From NCBI GenBank assembly GCA_973895155.1, contig OZ316894.1:17266563-17330562 (forward strand): a stretch of DNA of 64,000 nt, given 5' to 3'. How positions within the stretch are numbered: position 1 is the first letter of the stretch; each line of letters starts with the position of its first letter. Below the pieces are notes generated by a model. The model ran no database searches. It had not been told where the DNA came from and saw only the letters and a program-made list of their open reading frames with translations. Of the stretch, positions 27,235 through 40,431 are shown piece after piece. A program made the position numbers and the translations under genes. The stretch is from Marsupella aquatica (lineage: Eukaryota; Plantae; Marchantiophyta).

Positions 27235-27503
27235 AGGGTTAACTCTAGAACCACTTGCGATCCAAAATAAAGTCTTTTTGATAAAAAATAATTAATTTTG
27301 TTTAAAGCATACGAGGCAAAAGATTGTATTATAAACTCATATTTACAATATATTATCTAATATATACCTTTTATAAAGTAAAATAGATCTTGATATTGAA
27401 AATAGAGAATTTTTATGGAAAATTTTTTGTTTATAAAATAGGTGTATTGATATCAGGCTAGGATCATACATAGTACTCAAAAATATACACTAAGTTAAAC
27501 TCC
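27235..27503. mobile_element. Degenerate copy of the MITE at 31996-32284
   Basis: Shared AT-rich core (TATTATAAACTCATATTTA, TATAAAGTAAAATAG, TATTGAAAATAGAGAAT, AAAATATACACT.AGTTAA) with eroded termini. Confidence 0.7.
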
Positions 27504-27596
27504 CAATTTAAGGCCGATCATACTTCAGATTCATCAGTGGGAGGCAAGATCACTCCACTTTTGCTTCACATTGTTCCCACAAGCTCTTGTGTGTGG

Positions 27597-27941
27597 TGTT
27601 AGGATTTACTCTTAGGTCTAGATTTACGACTGTACCGTAGTTAAGGCTAACCTTAGTTGCAGACTTGGTTAGGTTAGTCATGCTGTGCACACTCTATAAC
27701 CAAGTGGTGTTTGCTTGGAGAGGTGGAACTCAAGCTCATTCTTACGGAGCTAGTTGAGAGATAGAGAGAGCTTGTGTTGTGGATGTTTGGTATGGCCTGT
27801 CGGCCTGGAGTGCAGTAAAGCTCTTGTGTGTTCCCGTAGACGTAACCTCATGAGGAGATGAACCACGTATCTCTCTGAGTCGACTCTTGTGCGTTGGATG
27901 GTTCATGGGCTTGCCGTTGCGATTGTCGTCGATGCTCAACA
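27597..27941. mobile_element. Solo LTR (345 bp), family A copy 2
   Basis: TGTTAG...CTCAACA termini. Perfect 5-bp TSD TGTGG (27592-27596 / 27942-27946). Homologous to 11321-11663. Confidence 0.88.
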
Positions 27942-28380
27942 TGTGGAGACTCTTCATGGAGGCGAGCATGGACCTCCAACTAACTTCACTGGGTTGTCTG
28001 CAAGCCCAGTGCATTGTTGAAGTTGTTTTGTGAGGTTGCAATGCTGGTCAAAGCTCATGACTCATTCCCTCTCCTATTAAGAGTGATCCTGCCCCACATT
28101 GTCAACACATGGTCCACTATGACAAGCCCGAACCATTTGGAGCTTGGCCAGGCTTGCATGATAGTTGTCCACAGACATCACAAAAATCATTCAGGGTAAT
28201 TTTGATGTTTATGAAATATAGAGTTAGATTGATGTAAATTTCTACATGTGCTTGATATTATTTCTATGATACCTGATCAATAATGTTCACCTAATTATTA
28301 GATATAATCACATTGTCATTCAGAATACATATACATTTATTAATATAAACAAGAGTGTTATACAAAAACCAGCCCTATGC

Positions 28381-28640
28381 CTGTGCTTTGCACAAAAGAT
28401 GCTTTGGGGACAAAAGATGGTGAGACGAGGAAAGATGTCACGGAGAGAAAAATTGTCAAGGGTGAGGGAAACATGTTGTGGTGTGATGAAGATGTCAAAG
28501 TGCAAACAAGATAGCGAGATGAGAAAAGATGTTGAAGGTGAGAAAAGATTTTGAGGAGAAAAAAGGAGCTTTGAGTAGATAAAATATGCCAAGGTGAGAT
28601 AAAAATATCAATGTGAGAAAAAGATGACGATGTGAGAAAC
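28381..28640 (+). repeat. Degenerate AAAGATG repeat array
   Basis: Starts CTGTGCTTTGCACAAAAGATG, similar to the start at 39717. Many AAAGATG motifs. Confidence 0.55.
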
Positions 28641-29414
28641 ATATTTGCTTCCAAGTAAGGCCTTGGAACTATATATGGAAAATTTTGCAAGACAATCATG
28701 ATTTTGTCTTATTGGGTGTGAAAATCTCATCATTTTCACCCAATACATTTACAAATATTTAGGTATATTTTTTAAACACTTGGAGACATAAAAATACTAA
28801 TATCAATACTTTTTCTCCCTTTCTGGTCCTTTTCCACATTCTAATATCTCTTCTTGTCCTCACTTTTTATTTTTTCTTTGGGTTTTCCTTTATTTCCCCC
28901 CTCCCACTTTTCTTCCTCCCGACCAGTTTCTTTCCACTCTCCCATCATTTGCGGAGCATCATACTTTTATGGGACCATAATAATTGGTAGGACATTACAA
29001 TTCATATTCATGGTACTTTCAAGTATATTTGTATTATATGCATGTACTATGGACATGTGTATAGGTGTCTTTTGTCCTATGTGCATACACTAAAGGCAAG
29101 TGTATTTATTTTGAACCTGCTAGGAGACCTATTAATGTAAAACAGAAGAGACAACGATATGGTTTTGTATACATCTTATGATGGAAAATAAATAATCAAT
29201 CAATGGACGATCAAGATTGGATCACCCCTTTTCTGATTTTCACAAACTAAAAAATACAAAATTATACTGGATTGAGTAGTATTATCGTTGTAGATGTTTG
29301 TTAATCCAATATACATTTCTATACGCTAAGACTCTGGATCTGAAAAGGATAAATAACTCACTTTGGTGATGGATGTAAGGACGGGAGTAGGAAGGTGGGT
29401 AGGGAGAGCCGGGT

Positions 29415-29650
29415 TGTAAGGATTATCCCAGAATGGCCTTTGGAAAGAAGGGGACTCGTTGGATGCTTTGTTTATAAAGGGGCCCATCTAGTCGTTTGTT
29501 GTATACTATTAACTTATTGAGACGAGGCAACAAGCAAGCCAGAGAACAAGCAAGGTAGTGACGAGCAAGCTGTAGATTCTGTCCTATAGTAACCTTTTTG
29601 TCAAAGGCTTCGTCACAAGGTTGCTTTTATGGCCTGGCCCATCACTTACA
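29415..29650 (+). mobile_element. Possible short LTR preceded by a purine-rich tract
   Basis: TGTAAG...CTTACA perfect 6-bp terminal inverted ends, internal TATAAAG, and a purine-rich stretch just upstream. No TSD found. Confidence 0.35.
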
Positions 29651-31995
29651 CTTACAGCTGTCATAGCTGACAAGACGGCAGCGTAAGGTCTGACCCACCT
29701 TAAGTCCCTTGATTGTTAAAAAATACCAATAATCATGTACGAAAAAGTCAATCACGCAATTGTACCACTATCTCAAACCTGACTGACTACGTAACATTCG
29801 CCCACACTGCACTAGTATTTCACAAGTTTATATTTCATATTAAAAATTCCCTCGTGTTTTCAGTAAATCCGAGTTTTTTAGTGATACTATAGTTTATTGA
29901 GATCTGATTAGCTAACAAATGCTTGGAATAATATAATCCAATCTCTTTAGGTGTTCTGAAGGAATGGAATGAGCGTTGTCTATGTACTTTCAGACGAGCA
30001 TATATAATTATACGCAGGATTAAACTTTTTGCGTGCCCGAGTAAAATGTCATTTCTACTCGAAAGGTGTAAATGCCTAAAGTTACTTTCTCAAGAAGCAG
30101 CATGGTATAGCATTCATAAAGGGACTTGCTATTTTGGCTTAAGAAAAAGTTGGGTGCAGCTTTCATAAGCAAATTTTGGAAACCTCTCAACCCCAATGTC
30201 TTCTTTGTCAAGTTCAAACTGTCCTTGCACAGCTTGCTTTCCTGAGTCTTCCCCAAACAAGGGAAGAAAAAGGAACCTCAAAGTGGCAATCTACAAACTG
30301 ACAGTTGACTGGAATACAGACTTGGCCTAGGAGAAACTCTTCAAGTTTATTACATGAAAACTCAAAGATGACCTTGTGAGGTAAACACGTAAGGCCAGCC
30401 CAAAGCAGAACCTGGTCCAAGAGAAGAGAAATGAAGCTCTTGTACACTACAGCTCTATTTCAAAGCTAGTACGACAAAGGGGTATTGTCTCAACTTCAGA
30501 ACCTATTGAAAGTAAAGGACTAGTACACACACAAACACACTTTTGTTTTAAGGGAAACAACTTTTAAGCACATTGTCACTAACTATGTTTGAATTTACAA
30601 CATTATCACTGTTTCTTTTGTAGTTACAAAAATGTCACAGTTTATGCATATAGTTCCCGTTGTTACTTTGATAAACTTGTCATCCATGTACAAAACTGTG
30701 ACATTTTTATAAATACAAAAACATTAATGACAATATTATTAATTATAACATCTTTAGTGACAAAGCACTTAAAACCTGTAAGGGGAAATAGCCTTTGAGA
30801 AAGCCACACAAACCCAAATTGATGTAAACAAGAGTTGATGAATTTGAAAGTACACAAACTTGGAAAAGGAAGAGTAAAGTATAATTGAAACTCAAACAGT
30901 AGGCCACATCCATAACGAGAGGAATAGTTTAGTGATCCTGTTTTAAAAAAAATTAGTGTTCTTTGTTTAATTTATAGTTCGAAATCTGAAAAGTGAACGG
31001 CTGCTTGTACAAACGTGAACTGGTGAAGGTTCACGTGGTACTTATATCTCCTAGTATTCTCTCGTGAAGTTGACTGAAGTCCATGTCTCACTAGTGCACT
31101 GGAAAGAAGTATGACTTCTGATTGGGTGTCACTCTTATATATTAAGAGAAGTAATGGTTTGTCTTTATGATAAGATTATCTAGCCAGTATCTTAGGTGAA
31201 CATTTTGATACTCCGGGAATGGCCAACATGTGTCAACTGAATGAAGAGATCAACTTTCCAGTGTATATGCTTGTATTATCTGGTGATTGGAAGGAACAGT
31301 CCAAATGAAAGTATCTAGTTTTAAATTTTATTTTAAATTTTAGAGGGAAAGGACCAATGTACTGAAGGGCCAAACAAAGTACAACAGAGTTAAATCAAAA
31401 GTGGTACAAACACCAGACTCCAAAGAAGAGGACAACCCGAACAAGTTGGAAATAATGACCTACCACTGCCATAGTGGGATGAAATTATCCTAATATACTT
31501 TTCGAAGGTGGTAATAGATAGACCACCATATTTGATCTGAGGATTGGGATGAAACTATCTTACATTGTTTTAGAAGATGGTTCTAGATAGACTACCATAT
31601 TTGATCTAAAGCTTCCAATGGATAAAAATGATTGTTGAGCAACAATAGTGTCAGAATCAACCATATATACTTCAATGGTCCATCTAGCCGTTTGTCAAAC
31701 ATTGTGATCTACAGGCTTCAAACTCAAAGAGTTTTAAGGCCGAATCAATTTGGAAACTTCTGGTCAGCTCATCTTACAAACAAGCCTATCGGAGAAAACC
31801 ACAATTTAGTGTTAGAAAAATAGTAATATATTGCCTTTGCCAAGGAAGAAAACTCAAATTCCTGGTGTAGGCTACAAAAGGCAAGCAAACCGGAGGCATT
31901 GTGTTTCAGTGTTGTTGCTAGGAGGTCAATTGTCTCATTTTAGCTGTAGGCACAGGGGCCCCTGTTATGTGAGCTCAAGATTAAATCAGATCCAC

Positions 31996-32284
31996 ACTCG
32001 GGGGGTTGACTATCAAAAATTTTAGGAACCACGTGCAATCCAAAATAGATATTTTTGACAGATTTTAACTAAATTTTTAAAAAACATAGGAAGCAAAAGA
32101 AGATATTATAAACTCATATTTATAGAATATTCTTTAATATATATTTTTTATAAAGTAAAATAGGTTATTAATATTGAAAATAGAGAATATTCTTGAAATA
32201 TTTTCTTTATAAAATAGGTCTATTTATATTAGGTTAGGATCACACGTGGTACCCCAAAATATACACTTAGTTAACCCCCCGAGT
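31996..32284. mobile_element. MITE (289 bp) with terminal inverted repeats
   Basis: ACTCGGGGGGTTGACTA / TAGTTAACCCCCCGAGT (17 bp, 1 mismatch), extending imperfectly to ~45 bp. Direct repeat ATCCAC at 31990-31995 and 32285-32290. AT-rich noncoding core. Confidence 0.85.
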
Positions 32285-35200
32285 ATCCACATTGGCCCAC
32301 AAAAGGGCTCTCAAAGCTCTCCCTCCATTTGTGTCGCCTACGTGAGTGCTCAGTTCAGATTGGGCTTACAATTTGCCTTTGATTCTCTATTGCTCTCTCT
32401 TGCTTTCTTGTTGTGGTTGGGTAGTCCTTTACTATTATTTCTGAGTCTCATGGAGATTTTGCTGGCAGGTGCTGGTTTTCCATGGCAGACCTGGGTCCCC
32501 ACTAATAGGTACAAAATAAATATGAGTGTTTTCTCTTGACCAAGCCCAACTAAAACAATGCTTCCGTACAAATGCTGACATGATTTGAAGGACCACCCAA
32601 CACCCTCAAAAGATCAAAGGGGTCTATGCTATGCAATATTTGTGTTAGCCAGTTTGTTATTATTGCAAGCAAGGCTTTTCTTCTTTTGTTCAAAAATATT
32701 GCATACATATGTTGTGAGGAGTATGTCCATTCCCACTAAGTGTTGTGGCTCATTTGGCAACAATAATCACAGTATCAATCATTCATTGCATGTAAAGGAG
32801 CTCCAAGTGAAGCTTTACATGCCAAGACTAAATAAATAAAACTTGTACACCTCTATTATGAGGAAGGGACCATGTCCATCCCCACACAAGATGGGCCACC
32901 ATGTCCATTTCCACACAAGATGGGACACATTTGACAACACTACTGTAATGATGGTATCCACTATTGCATGTAAAGAAGCGCCAGGTGAGGCTTTACAACT
33001 AAGCCTGGCGCTCCTTTACATGCCAAAACTAAATTCATTAGTTTTACAGTTTGAGGAAAAGCTAACTACACTACACTACAGAGCAACTTATTTTTTTAAG
33101 TGCCACAATTGACCGAATTCCACCCCACTAAAAAGTATTCTGCACTTTTGACTAAAACTAGCAAGTTTTGGTGTCTTCCGTTAGCCAGTTTCTGACCTAG
33201 CCGGGGACCTAGCCAAAGACTTAATGTCAGTCTAGAATCTAAGGGTTCTCCTTAAATCTGGGGAGATCTAACCGTCAGAAGCTTATTACAAATATTAGAT
33301 TGAATATCCTTAGAGTCTCCATCTCCAAACCAGGTGCCATTTGCCACTCCGGCAAAAAAGGGATAGCCCTTAAAATATGCAGCTGTAGAGAAAGAAGTTG
33401 TTGAGACCAGGCTTCTCAGTTTGCCACCCAGTAGGGTTGTAGTAGGGTTGTAGGTTGTAGCCCACTCTTGTGGTGGGCTCTTGTTTGGGACTGGTGGGCT
33501 CTTGTTTGGGACTCTCACTCAGGCTTTTGGGGATCTTTCCCTTGTTTTCGGCCTTTATTGGATCTCCTCCCTTTGGGATAATGTCTCCCAGTTAGGCTCT
33601 TAATTTTTTTGTCAGTGTAATATTTAGTGCCTAGGCTCCTGAAGCTGAAAAAGCACATCCCCCAAGGGACTCCAAATACTCATATAGTACTTGATGTACT
33701 ACAAAGAGACCCTTACAATCTAGTGTAATTGATTGCTAAGTCTCCTCTCAACATCTCTTGAAATAGTTTCATGGCTAACAAATTTTCCAGTTTGGATTTT
33801 GACGCACAATGAAGCATATTCACACTTATTCATTACACAAAACTCTCTGTCCTGTGGTCTTCTTGTGAGAAGATAATAACATTAATTAGAGAGCATCAAT
33901 TTTCCAGGCCTACTTGTGAATTAGTGTTAGTCACATTTTTATGCTAACACTATTTTTGTGCACATGAATTAGTGTTACTCTATTCTTAAGAATGGAAAAA
34001 TAAAAAAAAATAAAATTTAAAAAAATCTACAACAATTAGTATTATTTTGGATTCAAGATCATCTATTTTTTATAAACAATTTAAACTAAAGTGAAAAAAA
34101 ATTATTTTGAAAATAGACAAATATTAGTGTTATTTGGACTTAAAATCATTTTAGGGTCCTAACACTAATTCTTGCATAACACTAAGTTACGGTGAACAAT
34201 GTACAAAATCTATCAAATGTCCTCAAAGTGATTGCCCACAAGCATATCTAGTGCTACCGATGTCAATCAGGCATTTGCCAGCAATCACCCAAATCGAGCT
34301 TCAATCTTATACAGGATGCGTTTTGGCTTCGGTTTCCATAAACTTCCTACCTGTATGCTGAGCCAGACTCGGCCAGAATGTGCCAACCCGCAACAAACGC
34401 ATAGCTGTTTCCCTGCAGCTGTGGAAAATTGCGAAGCCATGGTCTGCTGCCAATATGTCCATTCCATCAGCACGCTATGGAGCCTGCTCCTTAGGCTACT
34501 TACTGCCAGCCTATATTGGGAGATTGGAGGATCCTGAAAGTAATCAGAGGACGATTTTTAAAAAAATTGATTGTAACAGATATGAGCAAGGGTTCTCCAG
34601 GCCATAAGAACAAGAAGTGTCGGGGTGTTGTCCAGCTTTGCATCAAATTGAGCCGTTTCAACTTTCCAAATGATGGAATTTGTCACGACTTTGTATTAGG
34701 AGCAGGGCTATTGTTTTAAGATGACAATAGTAAGGGCGCACCCCCCCATCCTACCTAGATGCACTTAAACTAAGACCTAGTGTGGGAGCAGTACTTATCC
34801 CCTTTGGGTGCTCAGGAAGGGAGATTGGAATACATGCAGACGATGTGAACAAGACAGGTCAGTGACTAAATAGCAACTTGACGAGTCCAAGCACCGCGAA
34901 AGAGTTGTTAGAACAAGAGCTGTGGTATTCTTTGTATATGAAGATGAGAGAGATTACCTTATTTATTGTCCTAGACGACCAACTTGGACAATACAAAGCC
35001 TTGTCAAAAGGATCCTCATTCATTCACTTATTGAACTTCATCAACGGGAAATCTACAAGGTATTGAAGGTTTTGAGATTCTTGAATCTAGAGTAAACTAG
35101 CTGCTGTCATACTCTTGGTCATCCTCTCATCTCTAGGGAATACGGAACGAAGCAATGAGAGTAACTTTCAAATATTACAATAGTCAATAATTAGCAGCCT

Positions 35201-36449
35201 CGAGGGCTCTATTATCATCATCCATGAGCCGAAGCCTAGACTTACACTGAAGGTGGGGAATGGCATTTTGCAGCCACAAGCCAGCTTCTTTACGGAAATA
35301 GGAATGAAATCATAGGATTTTTCAGTCCAAGGCCGTCCGAATCAGCTATAGGACCAACAAATTTAGTCAACAGTTACACGCCAGGTAGTGGACAAGGGCT
35401 CACTCGAGCAAGCTCTAAAGTCTCCCATCTCCACTAGAAATCTGATGGGCTGGGCAGAATATTTATAATCTGTGTGACAGAAATGATCAATTCATCAATT
35501 CGCTTCCCCGGAGAGGTATCGAGAAGCAGGTCTAGACATAGCGTTCTCATGAAACCTGTTATCAAGCAGGAATTGTTTCTAATTATCTGCACGCTGCTCA
35601 TCCGTGTTACAACACCGACTGGTCTAGGAGTGCTTTTTTGATGAGAAATTTTGACATACATCTAGAGACTCTACGATACGAATAACAGAGTTTGAAGCAT
35701 CTATATGTAGGATATCATTATCCCGATTCAGACGTCCTGCAAGTCATCCAACAACTAGGGTGTTACTGCTAATTCTTTTTCGGGTGGCTAGAATTTCAAT
35801 GCCCATCATGCGTAGCTTCACAGCAAAGGATTTTTTGCCACACTGTGCATCCCATCGAGCATAACTCATCCATTGGCTGTGTATAGCATGATTGTTAGAT
35901 GAGGAACATTTACCAAGGAGAACATATTTGCTGAAAGAGCTCTCCGAACCTGGACCACACAGCCAACGAAATTCCTTGGGTAAAAGTTCCACTCAAAGAT
36001 GGAACAGATGACAACCACTCTATGCTCACAAACAAGGAAAAACACACACATGTAACTACCACTACGAGGGAGAATCATTGGGGAGAGCTTGAAATCGGAA
36101 TGGCAAGTACCAATCGGAGGGTTGTACTCACGCTGGGCTTTAATCTCCTGATCTCGATGCCAGCGTCTTCAGTCTGTCAATGTCGTTGCAAATTTTTTAT
36201 TCTGGAATTTGCCTCCTTTTTCACCACGATTGGCGATCGACTTGGCCATGCTGAAAATTCATAGAGGGCTCGCAGAAGGTACTAAAGATGAACGTCGACG
36301 CTGACCGGGCTTCTTCCATCATCCAGAATGGAAACAAAGTGCAACTAAAAAGTAAGAAGGTAGTGACGTACTGGTGAATAGAACGCAAATGACTGGCAAC
36401 GTCTTAAACCTCCCTGAAGGATCCTTCAAATGGACTCATCTATGTAATC

Positions 36450-37856
36450 CTATGGGTAAGTGCACTTGTAAAAGACTACTTCGGCAGCACCGAGGACGGC
36501 TTCCCGCGAGATTTGAGGACAACCCTCTACCTTGAGGCATGCCAACTTTTTGGAGGCCTTCAGTGGAGTTAACCATGCCTCTGTCAATCCAAAACATCTG
36601 CACACCTTCAGCTCCTTCAGATTTGTGCAGGCCACCATTTTCAGCCCTTCATCAGTAACCTCATGGCAATTGATGAGCTCCAGAATCTCCAGAGATTCCG
36701 ATTGGCAGACAGCTAGCATAGTTGAGTCGAAGAAGGGGTAAGCACGATCGAGAGACAACACCCTCAGCCGCGTGCATCCATTCACAATGGCCACAATTCC
36801 TGCCCCCGTGAAGGAGGGAAAGAAGTCCCCAGGCGCGAAGGAGAGCCTCATGGTCTCAAGAAAATGGCAGTGCCGTGCAATCGCAAACAATGCCGCATCA
36901 GTCAGCATCGGGGGCAATTCGGAGTTGGGACCATGGGACGGGACTCGTAAACTGATTGACGAAATCAGGGAAGAATTCTCCGCAAACAATAGCAGGTCTC
37001 TATCCTGGACTCCAACACATGAATCCAGTTGAAGCATTCGCAGGGCTTTGCACTGGGAGATAAGCCAAGCCACGCCTGTTCCAGACATGGACAGGCAATT
37101 CGTGAGACACAAAGTTTCCATATTGGGGCAGCATTCTCCCCCCTGAGGAGCAGTGAATCTCCAGGCATTCAAGAGGCTGGCACCGCGACCATTGTGGCCA
37201 TAAAAGTCTCCCGTGGGTCTGTGTACCACATCCACCTCGTAGAAGAACTCGCGCAAATTCTGCCAGCCTCGAAACCCCAGTCTGGCAAGCTCCGCCTCCC
37301 CCACACCTTTGCAATTCCGGATGGCTAAACTCTCAATTCGGCGATTGTTGCCAACGAACTCGAGCCATTCCAACACCCGCACATTCATCAGGCGATTGAT
37401 ATGAAGCAGGGTAAGAAAGTAGCAGCCACTGACGAGCGAGAGAAGACCCCTCCCGGACACACACGGCGCGAAATTGAGCCTGACAGCTCTCAATTGCTGG
37501 CTGTACTGCGTGAGATTCGTCATCCCGACATCAGTGATGAAGGAGCAAAAGTTGAGAGACAGATCCGAGAGGTTTCGACAATTGACAGCCAGTATTCGCA
37601 AGCTCTCGTCGTCCACCTGCTTCCCCATGTCCGATCTCCATCCCGAATAAGAAATGTCGACAGTGTTCAGGTTGAGGAATCGAGCGCACAACGCAGTTAG
37701 AGCAGGTTCGGGCGGATTCAACCCACAGCCCGTGAAAAGCCGCCGCCTCATGACTCTGTCGACCTCATACCACTTCCTGCACACCAGCGCCACATTGTTC
37801 CTGGCTCCCAACCGCTCAAAAACCTCCGCCAGCACGTCGTCCGGTAACTCCTCCAT
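36450..37856 (-). CDS. FBL14: F-box/LRR-repeat protein, FBL14-like, ~468 aa, single coding exon
   Basis: F-box MEELPDDVLAEVFERL...VALVCRKW, followed by GCGL.P, YSGWRSDMGKQVDD, LNFCSFITDVG, LNFAP, EWLEF and IRNCKGVGE, which match the plant FBL14 family, plus cysteine-containing LRRs. ATG at 37856; the ORF track starts at an upstream GTG. Confidence 0.88.
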   Translation of the reverse strand: MEELPDDVLAEVFERLGARNNVALVCRKWYEVDRVMRRRLFTGCGLNPPEPALTALCARFLNLNTVDISYSGWRSDMGKQVDDESLRILAVNCRNLSDLSLNFCSFITDVGMTNLTQYSQQLRAVRLNFAPCVSGRGLLSLVSGCYFLTLLHINRLMNVRVLEWLEFVGNNRRIESLAIRNCKGVGEAELARLGFRGWQNLREFFYEVDVVHRPTGDFYGHNGRGASLLNAWRFTAPQGGECCPNMETLCLTNCLSMSGTGVAWLISQCKALRMLQLDSCVGVQDRDLLLFAENSSLISSISLRVPSHGPNSELPPMLTDAALFAIARHCHFLETMRLSFAPGDFFPSFTGAGIVAIVNGCTRLRVLSLDRAYPFFDSTMLAVCQSESLEILELINCHEVTDEGLKMVACTNLKELKVCRCFGLTEAWLTPLKASKKLACLKVEGCPQISREAVLGAAEVVFYKCTYP

Positions 37857-38975
37857 CCACAACCTATTCAACAGCTCCACACCCAACCCTGTCTATCTAT
37901 CTATCTATTCCATCAATTCCATCAATCAATGCCAAGCTTCGGTCCTCAATCTCAATCTCAATCTCCAATTCATTTTACATGTTTCTTCGTCAAATCAGAG
38001 AGAGAGAGACACACACACACACACACAGATCTACTGAGGACAATTCCGGGTGGGTTACGCAGGATCGCAAAGAAGCTAACACGACCTTCAACGTACTCGG
38101 CACGATCTGGTGCATACGGCGATGTGAGCAAGCCCTGAACTGTGTGTCGCTCACCAGCACCAGCTTCACCCGCTTGGGAGCTCGATCGAGAAACCTTGTT
38201 CCATTCGATTAAGAGTGCAACGAGAAGGAAAACATCTACTGTACGCCTCGTTGGATTTCCTTGGATTTCGTTGTCAGCAAAATGTGCCCTATCTCGCCCA
38301 ATTTGATTTTTCCCCCCTTACAGCATAGGAGAAAAATGGAGAGCCCATCCTGGCCCTTCATGGGAACCTGGTTTTTGCCCTTCCAAAATATGAGAATAAT
38401 AGGAAGCCAATTCTGGCTCTTTATGAAAACCTGATTTTGGGGGCACCATCAGATCCCCAGGACACCCCTCCCATCTCAAATGTCTGCCCAAGCTACCCTA
38501 AGCCCTCCCATCATTTGCCCAAAATGAAAAATTAGACAATAGAAAAATTGAGAAAATATTTAAATTTTGAAAAAATGTGAATGAGTATAAAACCAGAAAT
38601 ATTTGTTTAGTCAGGGAAGAATTGAAAAGAAAACAAACTAATCATTGTTTTCCACCTCTACCCCCAATTTCAGTCATGGTCTGGAGGCTTTACACTAGAC
38701 TTTTGATCACCATTGTGGGATCTCAAACCTCAAAATTTGATGAACTTAACTTAGTAGTTAAGGTTTAGGAAAAAAAAAGTTATGGACTACCATAATCCAT
38801 TACTTGTTGCTGTAAAGATTAGTCCTATGTCACCATGTCATTTTAGATTCATATTATGTGAAAAATTTATGGCCAAAAACCTTCATCTTCAACTTTGAAG
38901 CTTTGAGATGCACTATGATGATCTTACTTATAAGGAGCGAAGGAGAAGCTAGAGTCAGGGTCTAGGCCTCTAGAG

Positions 38976-39078
38976 TGTGATTCTAGGGCCCCACCAAAGT
39001 ATATGTGCATGTGACTCTAGGGCCCCACCAAAGTATATATGCATGTGACTCTAGGGCCCACCAAAATATATGTGCATG
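38976..39078. repeat. 34-bp tandem repeat, ~3 copies
   Basis: TGTGA.TCTAGGGCCCCACCAAAGTATAT.TGCA repeated. Confidence 0.85.
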
Positions 39079-39716
39079 TAAAGAAGATGTGCACAAACAT
39101 GATAATATCTTATGTATGACATGAATAAAAGTATATGTGCATGTAAAAAAGATGTGCATGATGATATATTACATATGACATGAATGATTTTTTTTAATAA
39201 TTTTTTTAATATATAAAGAATGGGAATAAGGGGATATATTTTGTTACATTTTATTGTCCACTTCTCCATAAACAATTAATATTTTGGGGGGTGACACTAT
39301 GGTAACTACTATACTGTAGAGTTGTCTTAAATGTGCTCTCATTGGGGCCTCTCTGGTATTATGATGGTCTTTCCTGTCCGCGCCCCCCCCCTCCCCCTTC
39401 CCTGGGGTTTACGCAAAAAAACAGAGTTGTCTAGAAAGCAGAGCATGGGAACACAGGACTAGCCTCTTTTAACACCAAAAAGCTCTGGTTGCTGTAAAGT
39501 CACAAAGAGATGATAAATACTAAAGTCACAACAGAGAGGACGAGTTAAGTGTTGGATTCAACAGTATAGCCACAAAGGAGGGGATGAGTAAAGTTCTGGA
39601 AGGGAGGCAGCTCACTGAAGAGTGCTGCACATCCCCACCATAGTTGTTTAATCTTGTTTCTCACTGTAAAGTTCTCCTTAAAGTTTGCTTGCTTTTATGT
39701 CCAACTAGCTCATTAC

Positions 39717-40080
39717 CTGTGCGTTGCACAAAAGATGGTGTGGCCTAAAAAAGTCAATGCATAAGATGTTGTTATGCAAAGATATATGTCAACGTGTAAA
39801 AATGTTTTTGCACAAAATTTTTCATTGCATAAAAGAAGTAGTTGCCGAAAAGATATTGTTGATGTCATGGATGAAAAGATGTTGTTATGTGAAAAAAGTT
39901 GTTCAGCAAAAGAGATACTTGTGTAAAAGATATTATTGCATACAGATCGCTCCACAAAAGAGATGGTTGTGTTTAGGATTTCATAGCGTAAAAAATGTTG
40001 CATAAAAGATGTTGTTGTGCAAAGATGTTATGGAGGAAGAGACATTGTTATCTAAAAGAATTTGTTGCCTAAAAGAGGTC
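39717..40080 (+). repeat. Degenerate AAAGATG repeat array
   Basis: CTGTGCGTTGCACAAAAGATG start, followed by many AAAGAT(G/A)T motifs. Confidence 0.55.
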
Positions 40081-40280
40081 AAAGGCAGGCACTTGGGTAT
40101 AGGCTATAAAAGGCCTTTAGCAAGAAAATGTGTAAGATTGGCCCACTTGACTATGCAAAATGAGTTTAGTTGCATTTTGTGGCAAATGTCACAAACAGGA
40201 TACTCAGGATTGACAGGGATGGACCACTTTTGGGGCTTTGTGTAATTGGTGCAAAGTAACCTGGCAAGTGGGAGGATAAA

Positions 40281-40431
40281 GGAGGAGAAATACTCCTTGA
40301 TACTCCCACCTCCAGTTTCTCATGGATCTTTTTTTCCTTTTTCCAATTTTGTAGGATATAGGAGGAGAAATACTCCTTGATACTCCCACCTCCAGTTTCT
40401 CATGGATAATTTTTTCCCTTTTTCCAATTTT
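40281..40431. repeat. 80-bp tandem duplication
   Basis: GGAGGAGAAATACTCCTTGATACTCCCACCTCCAGTTTCTCATGGAT at 40281 and 40361. Confidence 0.85.

Noticed and set aside
38976-39078. 34-bp repeats (and those at 10401-10605) as a CRISPR array
   Set aside because: The units are directly adjacent with no unique spacers, there are no cas genes, and the context is eukaryotic.
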